Shown piece after piece: positions 1 through 8,730 of a DNA stretch of 64,000 nucleotides. Origin of the DNA: an uncultured Verrucomicrobiae bacterium (GTDB lineage: Bacteria > Verrucomicrobiota > Verrucomicrobiia > Chthoniobacterales > Chthoniobacteraceae). Location of the stretch: contig CAWHEP010000010.1 of the NCBI GenBank assembly GCA_963828525.1, positions 96,001 to 160,000 of the forward strand, in the 5' to 3' direction. Numbering within the stretch: position 1 is the first letter of the stretch; every line of letters begins with the position of its first letter. The notes under the pieces are model-generated. The model did no database searches. It was not told the DNA's origin and worked only from the letters and a program-made list of their open reading frames with translations. The translations under genes were made by a program, and so were the position numbers.

Positions 1-3000
1 TGTGACATCGAGCTCAGGGAGTTCCTTGTGGAAATCGCCATTTTCCAGGTTGAACGCCGCGGAGAAAAGCGGCGACCGGCTTGGATCCCGCTTCAGGTTC
101 AGCTTGCGTATGATCCGCCCAAAAAAATAATCCTGATGCTCAGCCGCGTCGAGCACGAGCTGCTTTTGCGCGGTGAGATAGTCCGCAAATCTGGTTTCAG
201 CATGGATGCGGCTGCGGAGAGGAAGCATGTGGGTGGTGTTCGCATAGAGGGAATGACCGCCATCCAGGGACCGCGCCTCGCCTTCAAACGAAGCGCCCAC
301 GACAACATCGTCCTGGCCCGAAATGCGGTGCAGCAGCGCGGTGTATGCCGAGAAAAGCATCATGAACAGGGAGCAACGTTGTGCCGTCCCCGCCTGCTTC
401 AGCGAAGCCGTGAGTTTTCTGTCCAGGGTCAGCGTCTGCCTTGCTCCGGTGAATGACTGCGCCGGCGGGCGGGCCTGATCCACGGGCAACTCCAGCGTGG
501 GCGCTTCCCCGGTGAACTGCCCGAGCCAGAACGCTTCCGCGTCGACATCGCTCTCTTCCTGGGCCTTCTGCCACGAAACAAACTCGCTGAGTTGCATCGC
601 GGGTTCGAGATTTGGCTGATGCCCGTTGCGAATCGATTCGTAGCTCGCGAACAGCTCATGCACAAACGCCGTGTATGACGGCCCGTTTCCAAGAAGATGA
701 TGAAACGTGAGCGCCAGCAGATGTTCGTTCTCGACCGTCTTGAGGATGGCGGCGCGCAGCAACGGAGGGTGGCTGAAATCGAATACAGCTCGCTCGTGTT
801 CGGCGAGGTATGTCATCAGCTCGGACCTGTCCCGGCGGGAAAAGTCGATGAAGGGAGTCTCAAATGTCACGGAGGGAAGCACGCGTTGCGTGTCCTGCGC
901 CACTACTGTCCGGAGCGCTTCGTGGCGGTTCACCATTGCCTGGAACGCGCTTTGCATCGCGGTGACATCGAGATTGCCGCGCAATACCAGCGTCGAAGAG
1001 TCATTGTAAACCCGTGACGCGTTTTCACTCATCGCGGCTAAAAGCCAGAGACCCCGCTCCGAGTCAGTGAGCGGAATTTCGAACTCAGCCTTGCCCTTCT
1101 CGAAATGGGCGCGGAGAGCATCCAGATGCTCCAAATGACTTAACACCGTGTCCTGCGCCACGCCGAAGTCGATAAAACAGCCGATCTCATCCACCCCGAG
1201 CGCGGCGAGCTGCTCCACGATCGGGATGCACGACTGCGGCGTTCCGATCAGCGCCTTCCCGTTCACATAATCGTCGAACGCGCGATCCAGGAGAAACTCG
1301 ACGTCGTCTTTATCGATCTCCACTCCGCCCTTGGCGACTTTCTTCTGTTTGTTGTCCAGGTAGGATCGCAGATACTCGCGCATCGGCCCCCGCGCCCGGT
1401 TCCGGGTTGAGTTTAGTTCTTCACCCACAAAGGTCAGGAGAAGCACGGTCACGTGTCCGGCAGCGGGGTCATGCCCGTTCTTTGCCAGGGACTGCCGATA
1501 GAGCCGGATCTTCTCCGCAAGTTCGGGCACGCTCTGGTTCATCATGTAACCCAGCACGTTCACTCCCATTTCTCCCGCTTTGACAAAAGAATCGGGATGG
1601 ATGCATGTCAGCCACATTGGGAGCTTTGCCTGCTTTGGCATGGGATGGAGCTTTACTCCGAACTCTCCACCCGCCCCGCCCCGGAAGTTGACCGCTTCTC
1701 CACTCCACAGCTTCTTGATGATTTCCACTCCCTCGCTGCAAAGCGCGCGACGATTCTCAAAAGCGTCCGGAGCAAGGACGAAATCGTTTGGGTGCCATCC
1801 CGACGCAATGGAGATGCCGACCCGCCCATTTGAAAGGTTATCCACTACCGACCACTCTTCCGCGACACGCACCGGGTGGTGCAATGGCAACACCACACTG
1901 CCGCCCCGCAACTGGATGTTCTCGGTCTCGCGCGCAAGTGCCGCGGCTATCACGGATGGGTTTGGAGAGAACCCGCCAACGCTATGAAAATGCCGCTCTG
2001 GCAGCCACACCGCGGTGAAGCCGTGGCGGTCCGCGAATTTGGCTCCTTCGATGATGAGCTTGTACTTTTCAGGGTCATACGCGGCGGGATAGCTGCCGAA
2101 GCAGTAGAGGCTGAACTGCATGGCGCCCGCCTTCGCCGGTTGCCACGCAACGGGAGCCAGGGCTTTTTCTTTCGCGGGCTCCGGAGCTTTTACCTCTGTC
2201 GCAAGCTGCTCGACTGCCTCTTCAACGGTCGATCCAGGGAGGAACCCACCCTGCTGCATTTCGACGATACTCTCCTTGAACGCGCGGATCAGAAACGCCA
2301 CATCCTCGGAGGAATGGGCCGTCGAAAGGAAACACGGACGGCCTTCCCAAACATGGAAGCCCTTCAGCCGTAAATGGAAATAGAGGAGGCTGCCAAACTT
2401 GATCGACTCGTCGAACTGGAAGTAGAGGATCGACGCGAAATTTTGTATGTGAAGGGGGACGCCGCGGTCCTTCAGGAAAGCATTCAGCGTGTTTGCAAAC
2501 TCAGCGGTCTGTTCGTTGAGCCGTTGCTGCAAACCTGGCCCCTGCTGCTTGAGGTAATTGAGCATTGCCCAGGAGCCCGCCATCGCGAGAGGGTGACGCA
2601 CGTACGTCCCGGCGAAAAAGGTGACACCCACCTCCGGGAATGAATCGTCGCCATACTGCCACATGCCCCCATCCAGGGCGTCCATATACATCGCGCTCCC
2701 GGCCACCGCGCCGATCGGCATCCCTCCGCCCATGATCTTTCCATAGGTCGCGATGTCCGCGCGCACGTCGAACAGCGCCTGCGCTCCGCCAGGGTGGCAT
2801 CGGAACCCGGTGATCAGCTCATCGAAGATCAGCGCCGTCTCCGCTTCCCGGGTGATTTTTCGCAGTTCGCGGCAGAATTCGCGCGGCTGCAAATCAAGCC
2901 GCCTGCTTTGAACTGGCTCCACCAGCACCGCCGCGAGTTCATGAGCGCTCGCCTTGATGATCTCGAGCGACTCGGGGGAACCGTAATCCACAACCAGCAC

Positions 3001-6000
3001 ATCTTTCACTATGTGCTCGGGTATCCCGGGAGCCACGGGCACGGACCGACGCTCTCCGTTGACAATGGCGGAACGAACGAGCACTTCATCGTTGATGCCG
3101 TGGAAGCCGCTCGTGGTGGCGATGCGAGTACGGCCGGTCACCGTCCGCGCGATGCGCATGGCAGCCATGACCGCCTCCGAGCCTGTATTGCAAAAAGCCA
3201 CGCGTTCCATGCCTACGATGTCACAGAGAAGCCGGGCAACATTCCCGGCGAGTGGAGTCTGCGGGCCGACCTCGATTCCAAGCTTTAGTTGCGAGGCGAG
3301 CGCTTCGGCGATGAACGCGGGCGAATGTCCAAGCAGATTTGTCCCAAATCCCATGGAGACATCCACATATTCATTCCCGTCCACATCCCAGATTCGCGAA
3401 CCAGCCGAGCGCTCTATTACGACGGGGAACACCATCTCTTTCCACGCGCGGTTGAAGCTTCCCGCTGTGCGCGCGTCCGCGAAATGCGCTCTGTTTGCCT
3501 GTGTCTGCCGCTTGGATTCAGGCATGCGGCGGGTGTATTCGCTCACCAGCGAATCGAGGTGCTTTTGCTGCCGCGCGGTCAGCGCTCCCCGCGTCCCAGT
3601 CTCGATAGGTTTGAATGGCCCAAAACGTTTTGGCTCGGGCGCGACAACTTGGATCGTCCGCGCGGAAGGAGCCGCTGCCCTTGTCACCTCAGTTCGCGCC
3701 TGAGTGGCGGAATGTTGCTCGATGTATTCGGCCAGTGGCCCGAGACTCGAGAGGTCTTCCATTAGCTGGCGGAACGTGATTTTGACCGAGAACTTCTTAC
3801 GAAAGGCTAGCGCGACCTGCGTGAGGAAAAGTGAATCGAACCCCAATTCCAGCAAATTCGTCGTTGTCGGCACGTCGGTGAGATCAGTGCCGGACAGACC
3901 AGATAGCATCTGTTTGAGCTGCGCCAGGACAGCGCCTTCAGCCCGCGCCTCCTTTGCAGGCACCGAGCTTTCCTCCACCGCTTGGCTGGCTTCACGAGCG
4001 CCTGGAAGAACGCTTGTCGTACGCGCCGCAGCAGCTTCATACGGCGCTTCTCCATCGGTCGCCGCCGTGGCGAGCGGCAGCGGAATGCCAGGCGGCAGAT
4101 CCGCGAAGTAGCGTTGCCGCTCAAAAGGATAGGCTGGCAGGGATACCCGGCGGCGGGTCTCCCCGGCATGCGCGGCGCGCCAGTCGATTTGGACGCCCGC
4201 AAGCCACGCGCGTCCCACTGCCAGGCCCAGGGACTCGTTTTCGTCGGTCCCCTCGGAGATTGTATGGACGATCTCGTGCGCCGCCGTCTTTCCGCTCGAT
4301 TGCCTGGCTAATTGCGCGAGCGTTTGTCCTGGCCCAGCCTCGATGATAACGGAGCCCCGCGCGTCGAAGAGATGGGTCACCGCGTCGGCGAACCGGACAG
4401 TAGCTCGGAGATGGGCCGCCCAATACGCAGGGTCAACAGCCTCAGCGGCCGTCATCCACGAGCCCGTGACGCTCGAAACGATCGGCACCGCGGGCGGTTG
4501 CAGCTTCACCCCGCGAGCTGCTTCCAAAAGAGGCGCGACCACCGATTGCACCATAGGCGAGTGGAAGGCGTGAGACGTGGCAAGACGCCGGGCTACAATA
4601 CCGCGCGCCGTAAAGACCGCCTCGATCTTCTCGATGGCGTCCGGGTTCCCCGATAACACGCAGAGTTTCGAGGAATTGACCGCTGCTATATCGACTTGCT
4701 CGGAAACAAATTCGCGCGCCTCTTGTTCGCCAAGCCGCGCGGCCAGCATCACTCCTGCGGGGAGCGCTTGCACCAAGCGGGCCCGTGTCGCGACCAGTCG
4801 CGCGCCATCCTCCAGCGAAAACACCCCTGCCAGCGTGGCAGCCGCAAATTCACCAACGCTGTGCCCCAGCAAAGCAGCGGGACGCGGTCCGCGCGACATC
4901 CACAGTCTCCCCAAAGCGCAATCCATCGCGTAAATGGCTGGCTGGGTGAACCGCGTTTCGCGTAACGCGGCTTCGCCATCCGCTCCGTGAGCGAAGATGA
5001 CCTCTCGCAGATCACACCCTAGTTCCGCCCGCAGGAGCTCCGCGCATTCATCCAGCGTCTCGCGAAAGACCGCTTCGGTTGAGTAAAGCTGCCGGCCCAT
5101 CCCCACGTACTGCGCCCCTTGCCCCGGGAACAGGAGCGCTACACCCGTCTCCAGCCGTTCATCGACACGCGCCATCTTTGCCGGCGCGCGCAACGAGGCA
5201 GTCGCTTCCTCCCGAGTCTTCCCGACAACCACCCGCCGGTGCTGGAATATCTGTCTGCCGGTCTGAAGCGTGAATGCGACATCGGCATCCGAGACGTCCG
5301 GTTTCCCGTCAAGATGCAGGGCGAGATCACTGGCCCGGCGATCCAGGGCGCTTGCCGTTTTCGCGGACAGGACGAAAATATTCGCCCGCTCGCTGCCACT
5401 GGTAGCCGGCAGCGAGGGCGTTTCCTCCAGAACCAGATGCGCGTTGGTGCCTCCAACGCCGAATGAGCTCACACCCGCCCGGCGCGGAGCCACGCCGCGC
5501 GGCCAGGCGCGCAGCGTCGTGTTGATGAAAAATGGCGACTCCTCGATGTGCAGCGCCGCGTTCAGCTGCTCGCAATGCAGACTCGGAGGCAGCTTCTCGT
5601 AGTGGAACGCAAGGGCTGTTTTGATGAGACTGGTGATACCCGAAGCCGCGTCGCAATGGCCGATGTTCCCCTTCACCGAACCCAGGGCGCAAAACTGCCG
5701 CGCCTCAGTGGCGTTGCGGAATACCTGCGAGAGGCCCGCGATCTCTATCGGATCCCCAAGCGCCGTCGCGGTTCCGTGCGCTTCGATGTACGAGATCGTC
5801 TCGGGGGACACTCCCGCCACCGCCTGCGCGAGGCTGATCACATCGGTCTGCCCATCCACACTGGGCGCGGCGAAGCTCACTTTCTTGGAGCCGTCGTTAT
5901 TCACGGCATGTCCTTTGATTACCGCATAAATCCGATCGTTATCGCTGAGCGCGTCCGCGAGCCGTTTCAGAACTACGACGCCCGCCCCGCTCGAGAAGAT

Positions 6001-6732
6001 CGTCCCGCTCGCCCGCTCGTCGAAGGGGCGGCACCAGCCGTTCCCCGACGTCATGCTGCCATCCTGGAAGAAATAGCCGCGAATCTGCGGGAAAGTGAGC
6101 GAAACGCCTCCAGCCAGTGAGACATCGCATTGATGCGTCAGCAAATTCTGGCAGGCGACCGAAACGCTCACCAGAGAAGACGAACAAGCCGTCTGAATGT
6201 TCAACGCCGGGCCGCGCAGGTTGAGCTTGTACGCCAGCCGGGTGGTTAGGAAATCCTTCTCATTCGCGATCACCGCGTTAATGACCCCCACGGCGTCCAT
6301 CAGTTCCCGGTTTTGGCGCGCGAAAAAAGGGTAGTACGTATTGATGCTCATCCCGGCAAACACGCCTATCAGTCCCGGGTAACGGGAGGGATCGCAGCCG
6401 GCGTCCTCCAGCGCTTCCCACGCAACCTCCAAAAATACCCTGTGCTGTGGGTCCATCGCTTCCGCCTCCTTGGGAGGGATCCCGAAAAATCCGCGATCGA
6501 ACCATTCCGGTTTTTCGACAACTCCCCTCGCCGCGACATACCCAGGGAGCGCCCGCAGAGCCTTGGGATCGTAGCCAGCTTCGGCCAGTTGCTCATCCGA
6601 GAAGCGCGTAATGGAGTCCCTGCCTTCAACCAGATTCTCCCAGAATGCTTCAACGCTGTTGGCGCCGGGGAAACGGCCGGCCATTCCAACGATCGCGACG
6701 CCGTTAAGCTCTTCTTCCAAGGGACTGCTCAT
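1..6732 (-). CDS. Hybrid PKS-NRPS megasynthase (KS-AT-ACP-class III aminotransferase-luciferase-like monooxygenase-C...), 3' end beyond window
   Basis: Manual translation from ATG at 6732 (MSSPLEEELNGVAIVGMAGRFPG); all motifs fall in one frame down to position 1. KS motifs DPQHR, QTACSSS, EAHGTAT, KGNIGH; AT GHSVG and HAFHS; ACP LGFDSL (~3830-3846); aminotransferase DIATYGKIMGGGMPIG (~2710-2760); LLM WLPERHFHSVGGFSPNP (~1960-2010); C domain RHEALRT and HHLLGNG (682-702). Absent from the ORF track because it has no stop in the window. Confidence 0.93.
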   Translation of the reverse strand, partial: MSSPLEEELNGVAIVGMAGRFPGANSVEAFWENLVEGRDSITRFSDEQLAEAGYDPKALRALPGYVAARGVVEKPEWFDRGFFGIPPKEAEAMDPQHRVFLEVAWEALEDAGCDPSRYPGLIGVFAGMSINTYYPFFARQNRELMDAVGVINAVIANEKDFLTTRLAYKLNLRGPALNIQTACSSSLVSVSVACQNLLTHQCDVSLAGGVSLTFPQIRGYFFQDGSMTSGNGWCRPFDERASGTIFSSGAGVVVLKRLADALSDNDRIYAVIKGHAVNNDGSKKVSFAAPSVDGQTDVISLAQAVAGVSPETISYIEAHGTATALGDPIEIAGLSQVFRNATEARQFCALGSVKGNIGHCDAASGITSLIKTALAFHYEKLPPSLHCEQLNAALHIEESPFFINTTLRAWPRGVAPRRAGVSSFGVGGTNAHLVLEETPSLPATSGSERANIFVLSAKTASALDRRASDLALHLDGKPDVSDADVAFTLQTGRQIFQHRRVVVGKTREEATASLRAPAKMARVDERLETGVALLFPGQGAQYVGMGRQLYSTEAVFRETLDECAELLRAELGCDLREVIFAHGADGEAALRETRFTQPAIYAMDCALGRLWMSRGPRPAALLGHSVGEFAAATLAGVFSLEDGARLVATRARLVQALPAGVMLAARLGEQEAREFVSEQVDIAAVNSSKLCVLSGNPDAIEKIEAVFTARGIVARRLATSHAFHSPMVQSVVAPLLEAARGVKLQPPAVPIVSSVTGSWMTAAEAVDPAYWAAHLRATVRFADAVTHLFDARGSVIIEAGPGQTLAQLARQSSGKTAAHEIVHTISEGTDENESLGLAVGRAWLAGVQIDWRAAHAGETRRRVSLPAYPFERQRYFADLPPGIPLPLATAATDGEAPYEAAAARTTSVLPGAREASQAVEESSVPAKEARAEGAVLAQLKQMLSGLSGTDLTDVPTTTNLLELGFDSLFLTQVALAFRKKFSVKITFRQLMEDLSSLGPLAEYIEQHSATQARTEVTRAAAPSARTIQVVAPEPKRFGPFKPIETGTRGALTARQQKHLDSLVSEYTRRMPESKRQTQANRAHFADARTAGSFNRAWKEMVFPVVIERSAGSRIWDVDGNEYVDVSMGFGTNLLGHSPAFIAEALASQLKLGIEVGPQTPLAGNVARLLCDIVGMERVAFCNTGSEAVMAAMRIARTVTGRTRIATTSGFHGINDEVLVRSAIVNGERRSVPVAPGIPEHIVKDVLVVDYGSPESLEIIKASAHELAAVLVEPVQSRRLDLQPREFCRELRKITREAETALIFDELITGFRCHPGGAQALFDVRADIATYGKIMGGGMPIGAVAGSAMYMDALDGGMWQYGDDSFPEVGVTFFAGTYVRHPLAMAGSWAMLNYLKQQGPGLQQRLNEQTAEFANTLNAFLKDRGVPLHIQNFASILYFQFDESIKFGSLLYFHLRLKGFHVWEGRPCFLSTAHSSEDVAFLIRAFKESIVEMQQGGFLPGSTVEEAVEQLATEVKAPEPAKEKALAPVAWQPAKAGAMQFSLYCFGSYPAAYDPEKYKLIIEGAKFADRHGFTAVWLPERHFHSVGGFSPNPSVIAAALARETENIQLRGGSVVLPLHHPVRVAEEWSVVDNLSNGRVGISIASGWHPNDFVLAPDAFENRRALCSEGVEIIKKLWSGEAVNFRGGAGGEFGVKLHPMPKQAKLPMWLTCIHPDSFVKAGEMGVNVLGYMMNQSVPELAEKIRLYRQSLAKNGHDPAAGHVTVLLLTFVGEELNSTRNRARGPMREYLRSYLDNKQKKVAKGGVEIDKDDVEFLLDRAFDDYVNGKALIGTPQSCIPIVEQLAALGVDEIGCFIDFGVAQDTVLSHLEHLDALRAHFEKGKAEFEIPLTDSERGLWLLAAMSENASRVYNDSSTLVLRGNLDVTAMQSAFQAMVNRHEALRTVVAQDTQRVLPSVTFETPFIDFSRRDRSELMTYLAEHERAVFDFSHPPLLRAAILKTVENEHLLALTFHHLLGNGPSYTAFVHELFASYESIRNGHQPNLEPAMQLSEFVSWQKAQEESDVDAEAFWLGQFTGEAPTLELPVDQARPPAQSFTGARQTLTLDRKLTASLKQAGTAQRCSLFMMLFSAYTALLHRISGQDDVVVGASFEGEARSLDGGHSLYANTTHMLPLRSRIHAETRFADYLTAQKQLVLDAAEHQDYFFGRIIRKLNLKRDPSRSPLFSAAFNLENGDFHKELPELDVT

Positions 6733-8576
6733 TTCTGCCTGTTAAGCCGGTTCCGCGCCAAAGCGGTACGTTGTTTTTGGGCGCGCTCCATCGAAGAGGA
6801 AATTCCGGCGTTCGCAACGGGCGGAGCCTCCAGAAAACGCGCGAGCGCGCCAATTGACGGATATTGGAACAGCGTGGCAACCCCAAGAGGCCGCCGCAAG
6901 GCGCGGCAAAGCTTCGAGTGAACCTCCATCAGCTTCACGGAGTCGCCGCCAATCTCGAAGAAGTTCTCAGCAGTTCCGATCTCGCGGGTTCCGAGCACAG
7001 CGTTCCAGATTTCCGCGACTGAGCGCTCCATCTCGCTCTGCGGGGAGATGAATTCATGGCGATTCTCTGGCTGTGGCGGCGGCAGGGCCTGGCGATCGAT
7101 TTTTCCATTCCGGCTGAGAGGGAATGAACTCACTGCAACGAAGATCGCCGGAATCATGAAGCCAGGCAATCGGGCGCGCAGCCAATCCCGCAGTTGTTCC
7201 GGCAAGGCTTTCTGCCCTTCGTTAGGCACATAATACGCGACCAGTTCCTTAAACCGGTCCTGGCCATGCGTCACAACCACGCACGCGCGCACTCCCTCGT
7301 TTTGCCCAAGCACCGTTTCGATCTCGCCCAGCTCGATCCGGAATCCACGCAACTTTACCTGGTCATCCGCGCGGCCGAGAAATTCGAAAACACCGTCAGC
7401 CCGCTGAATCGCCAGATCACCCGTCCTGTACAGCCGCGCGCCCGGCAGAGAACTGAAAGGATCCGCGATGAACTTTTCGTTGGTCAACTCCGGACGGCGC
7501 CAGTAGCCCAGCGCCAGTCCCTCGCCGCCTACATACAACTCCCCTTTCACACCGGGTGGAACTTGCTTTAAAGCCTCATCCAGGATGCAAGCGGTCGAGT
7601 GCGAAACCGGCTTGCCAATGGGCGCGCCGTTCTCGAAGCCGTCCCGCAGTGACAGCGTATGACAGCAGGAGAATGTCGTGTTTTCAGTAGGGCCGTATCC
7701 GTTAATCAATCGTGTGTTCGGCAGCGCGACGAGTGCCTTCCGGACCTGCGTCACTGGAAGCGCCTCCCCTCCGGCAAGGAGTTGCCTCAGGGGCTTCAAG
7801 TCATCGATCCGTTCGTCCACCATCACACTAAAGAAACCTGCGGTGAGCCAGAGCGTTGTTACCCCATGCTCCCGGATCGCGTCGCCAATCTCTACCAGCG
7901 ACGGCGGCTCGGGTGGCATCACAACCAGCTTGCCGCCATTTAGCAAAGGCCCCCATATTTCGAACGTGGACGCGTCGAACGAGACGGGCGCAAGTTGCAG
8001 AAATACCTCGTCGGAGCTGAAGGTTGCGTAGTTCGTGTCCCGAACAAGACGCGTCACCCCGCGATGCGGTATGGCCACGCCTTTTGGCGCGCCGGTCGAC
8101 CCGGAGGTATACATCACATAAGCCAGGCTTTCGCCGCTCATGGGGGGTGAGTCGAAGACCACTCCCGATGACAGATCAATCTCATCCACAAGGAGGATGG
8201 GGGCGCCCGCCTCAGGCAGCAGGCCTATAAGCTTGCTCTGCGTCACGACCGCTGCTGCCTCAGCGTCCCTCATCATGAATTGGAGCAGTTCTTTCGGGTT
8301 GGAACTATCCAGGGGCAGGTAAGCGCCTCCTGCCTTCAGGATGGCGAGCAACGCGATGATCATGTACGGCGATCGCTCAATGCAAATCGCCACCAGCGAC
8401 TCCGGCTTGACACCTTTTTGCGCCAGCGCGAGCGCGAGGGCGCTGGACCGGCCGTCCAGCTCCCGATAGGTGAGTCGTGTTCCCTTAAAAGCAAGAGCCA
8501 CCGCGTCGGGTGTGTTTCGCGCCTGCTCCGCGAACAGCGAATGCACACAGGAGTTGGATTGAGGTCCTGGTCGCAT
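6729..8576 (-). CDS. Stand-alone NRPS adenylation-PCP didomain (loading module)
   Basis: A-domain cores YVMYTSGSTGAPKG, FDAS, NGYGPTE, LYRTGD, GRADDQVKLRGFRIELGEIE, NGKIDR; PCP FFEIGGDS. The stop overlaps the PKS start (ATGA). Confidence 0.95.
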   Translation of the reverse strand: MRPGPQSNSCVHSLFAEQARNTPDAVALAFKGTRLTYRELDGRSSALALALAQKGVKPESLVAICIERSPYMIIALLAILKAGGAYLPLDSSNPKELLQFMMRDAEAAAVVTQSKLIGLLPEAGAPILLVDEIDLSSGVVFDSPPMSGESLAYVMYTSGSTGAPKGVAIPHRGVTRLVRDTNYATFSSDEVFLQLAPVSFDASTFEIWGPLLNGGKLVVMPPEPPSLVEIGDAIREHGVTTLWLTAGFFSVMVDERIDDLKPLRQLLAGGEALPVTQVRKALVALPNTRLINGYGPTENTTFSCCHTLSLRDGFENGAPIGKPVSHSTACILDEALKQVPPGVKGELYVGGEGLALGYWRRPELTNEKFIADPFSSLPGARLYRTGDLAIQRADGVFEFLGRADDQVKLRGFRIELGEIETVLGQNEGVRACVVVTHGQDRFKELVAYYVPNEGQKALPEQLRDWLRARLPGFMIPAIFVAVSSFPLSRNGKIDRQALPPPQPENRHEFISPQSEMERSVAEIWNAVLGTREIGTAENFFEIGGDSVKLMEVHSKLCRALRRPLGVATLFQYPSIGALARFLEAPPVANAGISSSMERAQKQRTALARNRLNRQK

Positions 8577-8730
8577 TGGGGTGAATCAAATAGCGAAGCG
8601 TCTCCTCCACTAGATGAATCAATCCGCGAAGCCAAGCAGTTTCCCTGCCAATCGTCCCAAATGGCGCCTCCCGCATGGTTCTACCTACATTCTAGTAGCG
8701 ACCCTCCAAACGATGTGTTACGGCGTTCGC

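Noticed and set aside
28..6921. Many plus-strand ORFs of 100-230 aa over the PKS region
   Set aside because: They are antisense shadows of the minus-strand megasynthase and carry no recognisable motifs.
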